DNA of 64,000 nucleotides from the human T2T-CHM13v2.0 reference genome, Homo sapiens, in assembly GCF_009914755.1 (NCBI RefSeq), contig NC_060932.1; one strand, written 5' to 3'. The translations under genes and the position numbers were made by a program. The stretch's first letter is position 1; each line of letters begins with the position of its first letter. The notes beneath the pieces were generated by a model. It was not told the origin of the DNA. It saw only the letters and a program-made list of their open reading frames with translations, and did no database searches. Shown here one piece after another: positions 1 through 11,931 of this stretch.

Positions 1-79
1 ATGTTAACTCGTATGTGTATTCTACCTCAATAATGTTTTTTTAATGCTCAAACCTGTTACCATTCACCTACTAACGTCA

Positions 80-560
80 TCTTCAGTGCCTCCTTACTGT
101 TCTTGTATTCACTCAACAACTAGCTACGAATGCCTAGTGTCAGGCCCTGTCCCATGTGCGGGGGCTGCGGTAATGACCACAGTGAAGTCACTAGCCTTGT
201 TTGTTGTGGTCCATGGTGCAGAAAGAGATACTAAGTAATTGCGTGCATCATAGTATTAGTGGTAGAAGCAGATGAAGACAGGAGAGGGATGTCAGGGGTT
301 GTGAATGTTCAGGAGAGTCAGTAAGAGGCCCAGCTGGGTGGAGCCTTTTGATCATGGAGGGATTTGGATTTTATGCCGAATGAGCCGGGAAGATGTAGAG
401 GTTGGAGGCAGCAGAATGAACTGATCTAACCTACGTTAAAAGGACTCCTCTGGCTCCTGTGTGAATAGGTTGTATGAGGACAAAGGAGGAGAGTGGGTGT
501 CTCAATACGAGGCTACTGCCCTTGTCTACGTGAGAGACACGGGGTGGAAGGGTGGGTGCA
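80..560 (-). mobile_element. L2 fragments
   Basis: Degenerate L2 3' motifs (tattcactcaacaac, gatttggattttat, tgatctaacctacgtt...ctctggctcctgtgtg). Boundaries approximate. Confidence 0.55.
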
Positions 561-1095
561 GAGGGCAATCGTCCTTGTCTCAGGTGCCCCTTTTCATACT
601 GGCCTCACTGTGAGCCATGCTTCTGGGCAGCAAAGGCCTCATGGGTTGAAGAAAAGCAGAGCCGGTGCCTAGCTCAGAGCCCGTCTCATTGTTGGTGCAC
701 CGTAAATGCTTGTTGGATAAATGGCAAGTAATTTTAAAAGAACAATGTGGTACCATACAATCTTTGATCAGGAAAGACCTTCCGCTTCAAGGTAGAATAT
801 AAGGGTCTAACACAGCAGCCAATCAAATAAGCTACTTCTTTCAAGAATACTTTGCTGCTCTTCTTAACCAAATGGGGTTAAAGAAGTTAACCTTTAGCAA
901 AGTAATATTTGTATCTACAATAGTGGACAGAAGCAGTTATGCAAAGATTATTGCCAAAAAACAGCACTTTCCTGCCCCACTTTTCCATATTCTCAATTCC
1001 TGCTTTCCAAAGCAACCATGTTCTGCTCTTCTGGTATCTGTACTGTTTCTTCTGGTATCACCTCCCTTATTTCTAAACAAAATGCTGTTACCACT

Positions 1096-1460
1096 TGTAT
1101 TAATCTGTTTTCACACTGTTAATAAAGACATACCCAAGACTTGGCAATTTACCAAAGGAAAAAAAAAAAAAAAGATTTAATGGACTTACAGTTCCGCATG
1201 ACTGGGGAGGCCTCACAATCATGGCAGAAGGCAAGGAGGAGTAAGTCACATCTTACATGGATGGTGGCAGGCCAAGAGAGAGCTTATGCAGTGAAACTCT
1301 TGTTTTTAAAGCCATCAGTTCTTGTGAGACCTATTCACTATCACAAGAACAGCACAGGAAAGACCTGCCCCCATGATTCAGTTACCTCCCACGGAGTCCC
1401 TCCCACAACACATGGGAATTTAAAGTGAGATTTGGGTGGGGACTCATCCGCACCATATTA
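1096..1460 (-). mobile_element. THE1-type MaLR solo LTR
   Basis: tgtattaatctg...aataaagacatacccaagac...gagatttgggtgggga...ccatatta, with 5-bp TSD CCACT on both sides. Confidence 0.93.
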
Positions 1461-2009
1461 CCACTATTGATTGATGTTTTAATTGTAGATATCATCTACT
1501 GACTTTATGGAAGAGTATGATATAAACTCTCCTACACCCTCTCTACTCATGTTCCCTTTTTTCAACCTCTAGAAAGCATTATGTCCCAATTTTGGTTAAA
1601 TCATTCATTGTAGATGACATGACTATGAAGCATTGTTCAAGGAATATTTACACAGCAATTAATGTGTCTCCACGCTAACCATTTTTTTCCTGGAGTTATT
1701 AAATACCTTGTGTCTTTGTTTGCTTAGCTTTCTATGCACCTACCATTAAGTCATACCTAAACTCCCAAAAGATTCTAAATCACCCCTGCATCTGTTCAAA
1801 TGCATTGCATATTATTTTCCTTTTTCCCCTTGCATATGCTTCTCAGATCCCTCTGGCTCTAGATTGCTCCTGTCCAGTCTGCTCTGTTGACTCTGGATCT
1901 GCTCCACAGCTGCCATTCAGGGACTTACTCATCACCATGACATGTTCTTTGCCCTGCCTTAGTTTTAGGGGCCTCACTTCCTTTATCTCTGTGAGTCGGC
2001 TAAAACTGC

Positions 2010-2490
2010 AGTCTACTTCAAGTACCAGAAACCTGTGGGCAGTGACTGAAACAAATAGTTTCTTCCCCACATACCAAGAAGTCTGAAGTCAGCAGTTTCT
2101 GCATTGGTTCAGCCACCTGAATATGTCAGGGTCAGTGTCTATGCAATCCTTTTGTGCTTCTCCTCAGGATTGCAGAGTGGCTGTTCCAGCTCCAGCCATC
2201 ACAGTTACATTCCAGTCAGAAAGAAGCGGGGGTGTTGATGGTCCTGGCTGCGTATATCTCCCTTGAGTAAGAAAGCAAAATAATTCTTGGGATTTGCCTC
2301 AGAAGATTTCTGCTTTAGCCTTGTTGGCCAGAACTGTTTACATGGCTGTACCTCTCTAGGAGAGAGGTTGGGAAAGTGGAGTATCATGCTTGGCTGGGAC
2401 CAGTCACGACCTATTGTTTGGGTTGGCATGTTGCACTTTAAGCAAAACTGGGTTCTTTTTTCAACAGCAGGATGGATATTGGATAGCCAA
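2010..2490 (-). mobile_element. Old MLT1 (J/K/L-like) LTR
   Basis: Motifs aagaagtctgaag, tggctgttccagctccagccatcaca and ttggccagaactg...catggct...gggaaagtggagt. Confidence 0.6.
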
Positions 2491-3679
2491 TGAGGAACAG
2501 CTCATTTCCTGTGGGTGCCCCTCTAGGTGGCTCAGGTTTAAGTCTAACGGGTCAGTTGCCTTGTATGTTTGCTTCCCATTGTCTAAAATTCAGCTGTCCC
2601 TCTCATGGGCTGTCATCCCCTTCCTCACCTTTCTTGTCTTTATGGCTTTACATTTAATGAATTTTTTTGTTGTCATCTTACTGTGTTATGAGAAGTGGCT
2701 GTTTTTGCTAAAAGTCCAGACTATCATCTTGACTTGCTCTGGACTGTCAAAGCTTTCCTTTTGTCCCTCATTTTTAACAACACATTTTTCCAGAGAGTCC
2801 TTTACACATTCCCTGAGGGCAGGACATCTTTCTACTCAGCTTTTCTTCCCTTCCAGAGCTTGGCTAAGTGTTTTGCTTATCGCGGTGCAGAGGACATATT
2901 TGCTTAACTGAGACACTTTTGGGAAATGAAATCTTACGTCTTATTCAGGTCGTCCACGTGACCACTTTGGCAGTTTTCTTTTCTTCTCATTTCTGGCCTC
3001 TATAGAACTACAGAACGGTGAACTATATTTTTCATGAGAAAGCAAGCAAAGTAAATGAAGCTCCAGGGGGCAGAGTTTCAGAGTCCAGAGCCAGGCCTAG
3101 GTGTGTTTTTAGTTGGAGGCTTCTGAGGTGGAGTAGTGGCTGGAAGGAAGGAGGAGGAGGAGGTGAGCCCAAGCATCCAGAAACACTCAGTGAAGCTGCA
3201 AAAGCCCTCAAAGGAGCTGGCTCTCAGTGAGTGGAGGGAGACACACTTCAGAGATTCATCCTGGGTGGAGCCTGAGATAGAGGAGAGGAACGTGCTTCTC
3301 TTAACAGTTCGGCCACTGATTGTGTGAACGGTGGCCAGCGGAGGCAGAAACAGAATAGCTCTTCAGGACTCTGAAGGGGACTGTCCTATCTGGATTCATC
3401 TCTTTGGGGCATTCGAATCTTGACTTTAAAAATCAGGTAGCCTCCATCCAACCTCAGCTCCCAGATATGAGTATGTGAAGTCTTTTAACTCAGACTTGAT
3501 GAAGACAACAGGATTTATTGAAAGAATGACCATCCCAACACTGCAATGAGATAGGTCCAGGGTTTATTTCACCAGTGGTAGAAAATAAGTGCAAGTTGGG
3601 ATCTGATATGTCTCTAGCCCCTTAGCTACTAATGTAACCAAGGAAGGAGTTTTAGGAGAATGAGGTTTCGTACTCTCTC

Positions 3680-4155
3680 TTTAAAACAGCTTTATTGATG
3701 TATAATTGTTATAGAATAAATTGTACGTATGAAACAGTTGATGTTTTGTTATATGTCTACACCTATGAAACCATCACAGAAATCAACATGACAGATGGTG
3801 AACAAATCCATCAGGCCCCTTTGTCATCTTTCCCTTCCCCCCTCCCTATCCCCAAGTAACCACTGATTGGCTTTATGTCACTACACATTAGTTTACATTT
3901 TCTAGTAGTTACATAAGCGAAATCATACAGTACGCATGCAGTCTTTTCTGTGTGGACTCTTATTTATTATGATTATTTTGAGATTTATGTATGTTCAGTG
4001 TGTACCAATAGTTTATTCTTTTATTGCTGAGTAGTATTCCATAATAAGGATACAGTAGAATTTGTTTAGCCATTTACCTGTCAATAAACATTCGGGTTCA
4101 TTCCTAGCTTTTTGTTTTGTCTTCTATCATAAATAAAGCTGCACTGAACATTTGT
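3680..4155 (-). mobile_element. L1M (MC/ME) 3' fragment
   Basis: acagctttattgatgtataatt, aaccactgat, attgctgagtagtattccat, ataaataaagctgc. Confidence 0.8.
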
Positions 4156-5086
4156 GGATGTGATGTGGACTGGGGCTTTTCTGTATCTTTTATGTTATTC
4201 TCCTCCCACAGTGGTAGAGATTGTCACTGAGTCTCTGTTTTCTCCTGTCATTGTCCACATTGCAGAGTTTACATTCTGCATCTTTGCTAATGAGTTGTTC
4301 TGGAAACTTTTGCATCCCACAGATACAATCTGCAAAATTGTACCTGGGGTGGAGTGATGCTGCAGCTTTTGGTCTAGCATGAGCTCCTGTGGTCTGAGCC
4401 TGCATTCCATTTCCATCTGTGTTCAGTGTGGGCGTGGCACTTTATTAGTTTGCTGCAGCACTGGGAGAAGGTATTTTTAAACTCTTGGTAGCAAGGGTCA
4501 TCTCCTGCTGGGATTCCACACCAAAACATGCCTCACCTCTTGGCAGTAACAGATGCTAAGCTGCTTTCTGTGCAACCCCATTAAGTAATCTTCCAGCAAC
4601 AATTGATTGGGAATGGCTTAGGGCCTTTGATAAACTCAGGATGGATGATCACGTAGGCTGCAGCAAGACATTAACCAAGACCTCTCATGTTTCCCTTTCT
4701 GAACCACAACAGGTTCAGATAAAGTTTCTGAGGACCAGCTTGGATAACTAACAAATAACAACGTGGATTCCTCTGTTATTGTCTTTTCCAGCTTTCCAGT
4801 TTCAATTCTTGCAAGGAACCAAGAGCCTTTTTTTTTTCCCTCTCAACTCCTCATTAGCATCATGGCTGTGTTGTTATTTTTATAATTTATAGGTTTCAAT
4901 ATTAGGCTTTCCCCACAAGACTGTGCAACATACAGACCAGGGCTGTGTCTCTGTCATTCTCTCTCTAACTCTGGGGTTTGTTACAGTGTTTTGCTCAGTT
5001 GATACTTGTTGACATAATAAAGAATGAAGGAGTCAGAGTCCTGTGCTCAGTCCCTAGCAATGTGACGCAGTGAGTGTGCTTGGGCT

Positions 5087-5459
5087 ACATTTTAGTTTGT
5101 TCAGGCTGTGGGAACAAAATACCACAAACCGGGTGGTTTATAAGCAACAGAAATTTATTTCTCACAGGTCTGGATGCTGGAAAGTCTAAGATAAGGATTC
5201 TGGCAGATTCAGTGTCTGGTGAGGGCCTATTTCCTGGTTCATAGATGTCACCTTCATGATGTGTCCTCGCATGGTGGAAGGGGTGAGGGGTCTCTCTCAG
5301 GCCTTTCCTATGAGGGCACTAATCCCATTGCCCTGAGACTAATGACGGCTCCATTCCCATGGTCTAATCACCCACAAAGGCTCCACTTCTCAGTGCCCTT
5401 GGGGGTTAGGATTTCAACGTAGGAATTTTGGGGAAGACACAAACATTGTGACCACAGCA
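5087..5459 (-). mobile_element. MLT1A-like LTR
   Basis: aacaaaataccacaaac...aacagaaatttatttctcacag...gagggcactaatcccatt...acacaaacatt...cacagca. Confidence 0.85.
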
Positions 5460-5498
5460 CCTCCCATTACAAACTACCATGGGTTGCATCACTTACAC

Positions 5499-6064
5499 CA
5501 GTGGTCCCCAATCTCTAGGCCACAGACCGGTAATGGGGGCTGGGGGACCCTTGGTGTACCCGGTACCAGTCCATGGCCTGTTAGGAACTGGGCCGCCCAG
5601 CAGGAGGTGAGCAGCAGGCGAGTGAGTGAAGCGTCATCTGTAGTTACACCTGCTCCCCATTGTTCACGTTGCCACCTGAGCTCCGCCTCCTGTCGGATCA
5701 GCAGCGGCATTAGATTTTCATAGGAGCATGAACCCTATTGTGAACTGCTCATGCAAGGGATCTAGGTTGTGCACTCCTTATGAGAGTCTAATGCCCGATG
5801 ATCTGTCACTGTCTCCCATCACCCCCAGATAGGATCATCTAGTTGCAGGAAAACAAGCTCGGGGCTCCTACTGATTCTACATTATGGTAAGTTGTATAAT
5901 TATTTTGTTATACATTACAATGCAATAATATAGAAATAAAGTGCACAATAAATGTAATGTGCTTGAATCATCTGAAGCCATCCCCCACCCTGCCCTCTTG
6001 GTACATGGAAAAATTGTCTTCCATGAAACCAGTCCCTGGTGCCAAAAAGGTTGGGGAAATGCTG
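5499..6064 (+). mobile_element. MER1A-type hAT-Charlie DNA transposon
   Basis: cagtggtcccc...ggcctgttaggaactgggcc...aaccagtccctggtgccaaaaaggttgggga...ctg. Perfect 8-bp TSD ACTTACAC (5491-5498, 6065-6072). Inserted in an older MLT1 piece. Confidence 0.93.
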
Positions 6065-7026
6065 ACTTACACAACAGAAATTTATTTGCTAAGTTTTGAA
6101 GGCTGGAAGTCCAGGATCAAGGTTCTGGCAAACTTATTAGCTTTTCCTCCTTCCCTGTCTCACCATTCCTTTCTTCTGCTTCCTGTGATCACCTTTTGAA
6201 CTGTTTTTGCAAATTTATGTCTTGGGCTTTGCTCTTAAGGAAATCTAAAATGAGACACCATAGTTTTAGAAAAAGCCGAATAGTTTCTCTTTTTGAGAGT
6301 TCTCATAGAGTTTTATCAACTATTTTGGATTATACTTATCTAATTACGGTATGTTTTGGCCACTGAACCTTTTAAAATGTATTATCTTGAAAGCATGTGC
6401 CCCACAGACTGTAAGCTTGCTTTTGTGTTAGTGTTGGTTTAACATATAGAAATATCAGAGCTTAGGGTATCCTTTTAGATGCCAATTAAACATCACTCAG
6501 CATTGAAGACATATAGTCTTCTGAGAATACAGTAGCAAAGGGTACTGATTGTTGCACAAAAATATCATAACATTATGATCCCTTGATACTACTTACAATT
6601 TATAACACCCAAACACACGTGACAAGCCAAGGCATAATGACTGGCAAGGCTCAGTCATTATGTAATCACAGGTCTCTCTGTGAGATACCTATTTTGATTC
6701 CTCATTTGAGGAAAAAATTGTGATGCTTACAGAACAATAATATAATTTTGATTTAGCTGATTTTTAATTCTATTTTACTTTAATTTCCAGCAACAATTGA
6801 TTGGGAATGGCTTAGGGCTTTCGATAAACTCAGGATGGATGATCATGTAGGCTGCAGCACATGATCCATGTGCAGAACGTGCAGGTTTGTTACACAGGTA
6901 TACGTGTGCCATGGTGGTTTGCTGCACCTATTGACCCATCATCTAGGTTTCTTTCCCTCGGCCCCTTACCCCCCACAGCCCCCGGTGTGTGTTTTTCCTC
7001 TCCCTGTGTCCATGTGTTCTCATTTT

Positions 7027-10000
7027 TCAACTCCCACTTATGAGTGAGAACATGCAGTGTTTGGTTTTCTGTTCCTGCGTTAGTTTGCTAAGGAAGATGG
7101 CTTCCAGCTTCATCCATGTCCCCTGCAAAGGACATGATCTCATTCCTTTTTATGGCTGCACAGTATTCCATGGTGTATATGTACCACATTTTCTTTATCC
7201 AGTCTATCATTGAAGGGCATTTGGGTTGGTTCCATGTCTTTGCTATTGTAAATAGTGCTGCAATAAACATACATGTGCATGTGTCTTCATAGTAGAATGA
7301 TTTACATCTGTTGGGTGTATACCTAGTAATGGAATAGCTGGGTCAAATGGTATTTCTGGTTCTAGATCCTTGAGGAATTGCCACAATGTCTTCCACAATG
7401 GTTGAACTAATTTACATTCACACCAACAGTGTAAAAGTGTTCCTATTTCTCTACAGTTTCACCAGTATCTATTGTTTCTTGACTTTTTAATAATCGGCAT
7501 TCTGACTGGCATAAGATGGTATGTCATTGTGGTTTTGATTTGCTTTTCTCTAAAGATCAGTGATGATGAGCTTTTTTCCATGTGTTTGTTGGCTACATAT
7601 GTGTCTTCTTTTGAGAAGTGTCTGTTCATATCCTTTGCCTACTTTCTGATGTGGTTGTTTGTTTGTTTTTCTTGTAAATTTGTTTATGTTCCTTAGATTC
7701 TAGATATTAGACCCTTGTCAGATGGGTAGATTGCAAAAATTTTCTTCCATTTTGTAGGTTGCATGTTCACTCTGATGATGATAGTTGCTTTTGCTCTGCA
7801 GAAGCTCTTTAGTTTAATCAGATCCTATTTGTCAATTTTGGCTTTTGTTGCAATTGCTTTTGGAATTTTCATCATTAAGTCTTTTCCCATGCCTATATCC
7901 TGAATGGTATTGCCCAGGTTTTCTTCTAGGGTTTTTATGGTATGGGATTTTACATTTAAGTCTTTAATCCATATTGAGTTAATTTTTGTATAAGGGAGAG
8001 GTCTAGTTTCATTTTTCTGCATATGGCCAGCCACCTTTCCCAGCACCCTTTTTTGAATAGGAAATTTTTTCTCCATTGCTTGTTTTTGTCAGGTTTATCG
8101 AAGATCGGATGGTGGTAGATGTGTGGTGTTATTTCTGAGGCCTCTGTTCTGTTCCATTGGTCTATATGTCTGTTTTTGTACCAGTAACATACTGTTCTGG
8201 TTATTGTAGCCTTGAAGTATAGTTTGAAGTCAGGTAGCGTGATGCCTCCAGTTTTGTTCATTTTGCTTAGGATTGTATTGGCTATAGAAGCTATTCTTTG
8301 GTGCCATATGAAATTTAAAGTTTTTTTTTTCTAATTCTGTGAAATTTGATAAGAATAGCAATGAATCTATAAATTACTTTGGGTGGTATGGCCATTTTCA
8401 CAATATTGATTCTTCCTATCCATGAGCATGGAATGTTCTTCCATTTGTTTGGGTCCTCTCTTATTTCCTTGAGCAGTGGTTTGTAGTTCTCCTTGAAGAG
8501 GTCCTTCACATCCCATGGTAGCTGTAATCCTAGGTATTTTATTCTCTTTGTGGCAATTGTGAATGGGAGTTCATTCATGATTTGGCTGTCTGCTTGTCTA
8601 TATTTGGTGTATAGGAATGCTTGTTATTTTTGCACATTTATTTTGTATCCTGAGACTTTGCTGAATTTGCTTATCAGCTTAAGCAGTTTTGGGTTGAGAC
8701 AATATGTTTTCTAAATATAGAATCATGTTATCTGCAAACAGAGATAATCTGACTTCCTCTCTTCCTATTTGAATATCCTTTATTTCTTTCTATTACCTGA
8801 TTACCCTGGCCAGAACTCCCAATACTATGTTGAATAGGAGGGGTGAGAGAGGGCATCCTTGTCTTGTACCAGTTTTTGAAGGGAATACTTCCAGCTTTTG
8901 CCCATTCAATATGATATTGGCTGTGGGCTTGTCATAAATACCTCTTATTATTTTGAGATATGTTCCATCAATATCTAGTTTATTGAGAGTTTTTAAAATG
9001 AAGGGATGTTGAATTTTATCAAAGTCCTTGCCTGCATCTATTGAGATAATAATGGGGTTTTTGTGTTTGGTTCTGTTTATGTGTGATGGATTACATTGAT
9101 TGATTTGCGTATGTTGAACCAGCCTTGCATCTCAAGGATGAAGCCAACTTGTTTGTGGTGAATAAGTTTTTTGATATGCTGCTGGATTTGTTTTGCCAGT
9201 ATTTTATTGAGGATTTTTGCATTGATGTTCATCAGGGATATTGGCCTAAAGTTTTCTTTTTTTGTTGTGTCTCTGCCAGGTTTTGGTATCAGGATGATGC
9301 TGGCCTCATAAAATGAGTTAGGAAGGAGTCCCTCCTTTTCAATCATTGGGATTAGTTTCAGAAGGAATGGTACCAGCTCCTCTTTGTACCTCTGGTAGAA
9401 TTTGGCTGTGAATCTGTCTGGTCCTGGGCTTTTTTCCGTCAGTAGGCTATTAATTTCTGCCTCTATTTCATAACTTGTTATTGGTCTATTCAGGGATTTG
9501 ACTTCTTCCTGGTTTAGTCTTGGGAGGGTGTGTATGTCCAGGAATTTATTCATTTCTTGTAGAGTTTCTAGTTTATTTGCATAGAGGTGTTTATAATATT
9601 CTTTGATGGTAGTTTTGTATTTCTGTGGGATCAGTTGTGATATCCCCTTTATCATTTTTAATGTGTCTATTTGATTCTTGTCTCTTTTGTACTTTATTAG
9701 TGTAGCTAGTGGTCATCTATCTATTTAGTTAGTTTTTGAAAAAGTACACCTCCTGGATTCACTGGTTTTTTGGAGAGTTTTTCGTGTCTCTATCTCCTTC
9801 AATTCTGCTCTGACCTTAGTTATTTCTTGTCTTGTGCTAGCTTTTTGATTTGTTTGCTCTTGCTTCTCTAGATCTTTTAATTGTGATGTTAGGGTGTCGA
9901 TTTGAGATCTCTCTAGCTTTCTGATGTAGGCATTTAGTGCTATAAATTTCCCTTTTAACAGTGCTTTAGTTGTGTCCCAGAGATTCTGGTACATTATCTC

Positions 10001-10839
10001 TTTGTTCTCATTGGTTTCAAACAACCTCTTGATTTCTGCCTTAATTTCATTATTTACCCAGCAGTTATTTAGGAGCAGGTTGTTCAATTTCCATGTAATT
10101 TTGTGATTTTGAATGAGTTTCTTAATCCTGATTTCTAATTTGATTGCACTGTGATCTGAGAGACTGTTTGTTATGACTTTGGTTCTTTTGCATTTGCTGA
10201 GGAGTGTTTTATTTCCAATTATGTGGTTGATTTTAGAATAAGTGTTCTGTGGCACTGAGAAGAATGTATATTCTGTTGATTTGGGGTGGAGAGTTCTGTA
10301 GATGTCTATTAGGTCCACTGGATCCAGAGCTGAGTTCAAGTCCTGAATATCCTTGTTAATTTTCTGTCTCGTTGATCTGTCTAATATTGACAGTGGGGTG
10401 TTAAAGTCTCCCACTATTATTTTGTGGGAGTCTTAGTCTCTTCGTAGGTCTTTAAGAACTTGTTTTATGAATCTGGGTGCTCCTGAATTGGTTGCATATT
10501 TATTTCGGGTAGTTAGCTCTTCTTGTGGAATTGATCCATTTACCATTATGTAATGCCCTTCTTTGTCTTTTTTGATCTTTGTTGGTTTAAAATCTCTTTT
10601 TCAGACACTAAAACTGAAACCCTTGCTTTTTTTTGCTTTCCATTTCCTTGGTCAATTTTGCTTCATGCCTTTATTTTGAGCCTATGTGTGTCTCTGCATG
10701 TGAGATGGGTCTCCTGAATACAGCACACCAATGGGTCTTGACTCCTGATCCAATTTGCCAGTCTGTATCTTTTAATCGGGACATTTAGCCCATTTACATT
10801 TAAGGTTAGTATTGTTATGTGTGAATTTGATCCTGTCAT
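7027..10839 (-). pseudogene. L1 ORF2 (endonuclease/reverse transcriptase), disrupted by stops and frameshifts
   Basis: ORF-track fragments GDFNTPLS...SDHSAIKLE (9725-10414, endonuclease), KSPGPD...[15 protein letters not shown]...NFRPISLMN (9077-9655), RIKYLG (8315-8578) and [11 protein letters not shown] (7956-8261). Start ATGACAGGATCA at 10839. Confidence 0.95.
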
Positions 10840-10914
10840 CATGATGCTATCTGGTTATTTTGCACACTAGTTGATGCAGTTTCTTCATAGTGTCATTGGT
10901 CTTTATATTTTGAT

Positions 10915-11931
10915 GTGTTTTTGCAGTGGCTGGTACTGGTTTTTCCTTTCCATATTTAGTGCTTCCTTCAGGAGCTCTTGCACGGCAGTCCTTGGTGGTG
11001 ATGAAATCCCTCAGCATTTCATTGTCTGAAAAGGATTTTATTTCTCCTTCACTTATGAAGCTTAGTTTGGCTGGATATGAAATTCTGGGTTGATAATTCT
11101 TTTCTTTAAGAATGTTGAATATTGGTCCCTCTCTTTTCTGGCTTGTAGGGTTTCTGCTGAGTGGTCCACTGTTAGTCTGATGGGCTTCTCTTTGTAGATG
11201 ACCTGGCCTTTCTCTCTGGCTGCCCTTAACAATTTTTCCTTCATTTTGACCTTGGAGAATCTGATGATTATGTGTCTTGTGGTTGGTGTTTTCATGGAGT
11301 ATCTCAGTGGTGTTCTCTGCATTTCCTGAATTTGAATATTGGTCTGTCCTGCTAGGTTGGGGGAGTTTTCCTGGATAATATCCTGAAGTGTGTTTTCCAG
11401 CTTGTTTCCATTCTTCCCATCTCCTTCAGGTACTCCAATCAATCATAGGTTTGGTCTTTTTAAATAGTCCCATATTTCTCTGAGTCTTTGTTCATTCCTT
11501 TCCCTTCTTTTTTTTCTCTGATCTTGTTTTCATGCCTTGTTTCAGCAAGGTGGTCTTCAAACTCTAATATCCTTTCTTCTGATTGGTCAGTTTGGCTATT
11601 GATACTTGTGTATGCTTTATGAAGTTCTCATGCTGTGTTCTTCACCTCCAACAGGTCATTTATGTGTCTCTCTAAACTGGTTATTCTAGTTAGCAGCTCC
11701 TCTAACCTTTAATCAAGGTTCTTAGCTTCTTTGCATTGGGTTAGAACATGCTCCTTTAGCTCAGCAGAGTTTGTTATTACCCATTTTCTGAAGCCTACTT
11801 CTGTCAATTCATCTATCTCATCCTCCATCCAGTTCTGTGCCCTTGCTGGAGAGGCATTGAGATAATTTGGAGGAGAAGAGGCTCTCTGGCCTTTTGGGTT
11901 TTCAGTGTTTTCTTCATTGATTCTTTCTCAT
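10915..11931 (-). pseudogene. L1 ORF1 (RNA-binding protein), disrupted
   Basis: Fragment IGVPE...NTLQDIIQEN...RHIIIRFSKV...KPIRLT (11062-11442). ATGAGAAAGAAT start at 11931. The end coordinate is approximate. Confidence 0.9.

Noticed and set aside
2390-2911. 173-aa hydrophobic ORF
   Set aside because: Non-ATG start, overlaps an MLT1 relic and T-rich DNA, no recognisable domain.
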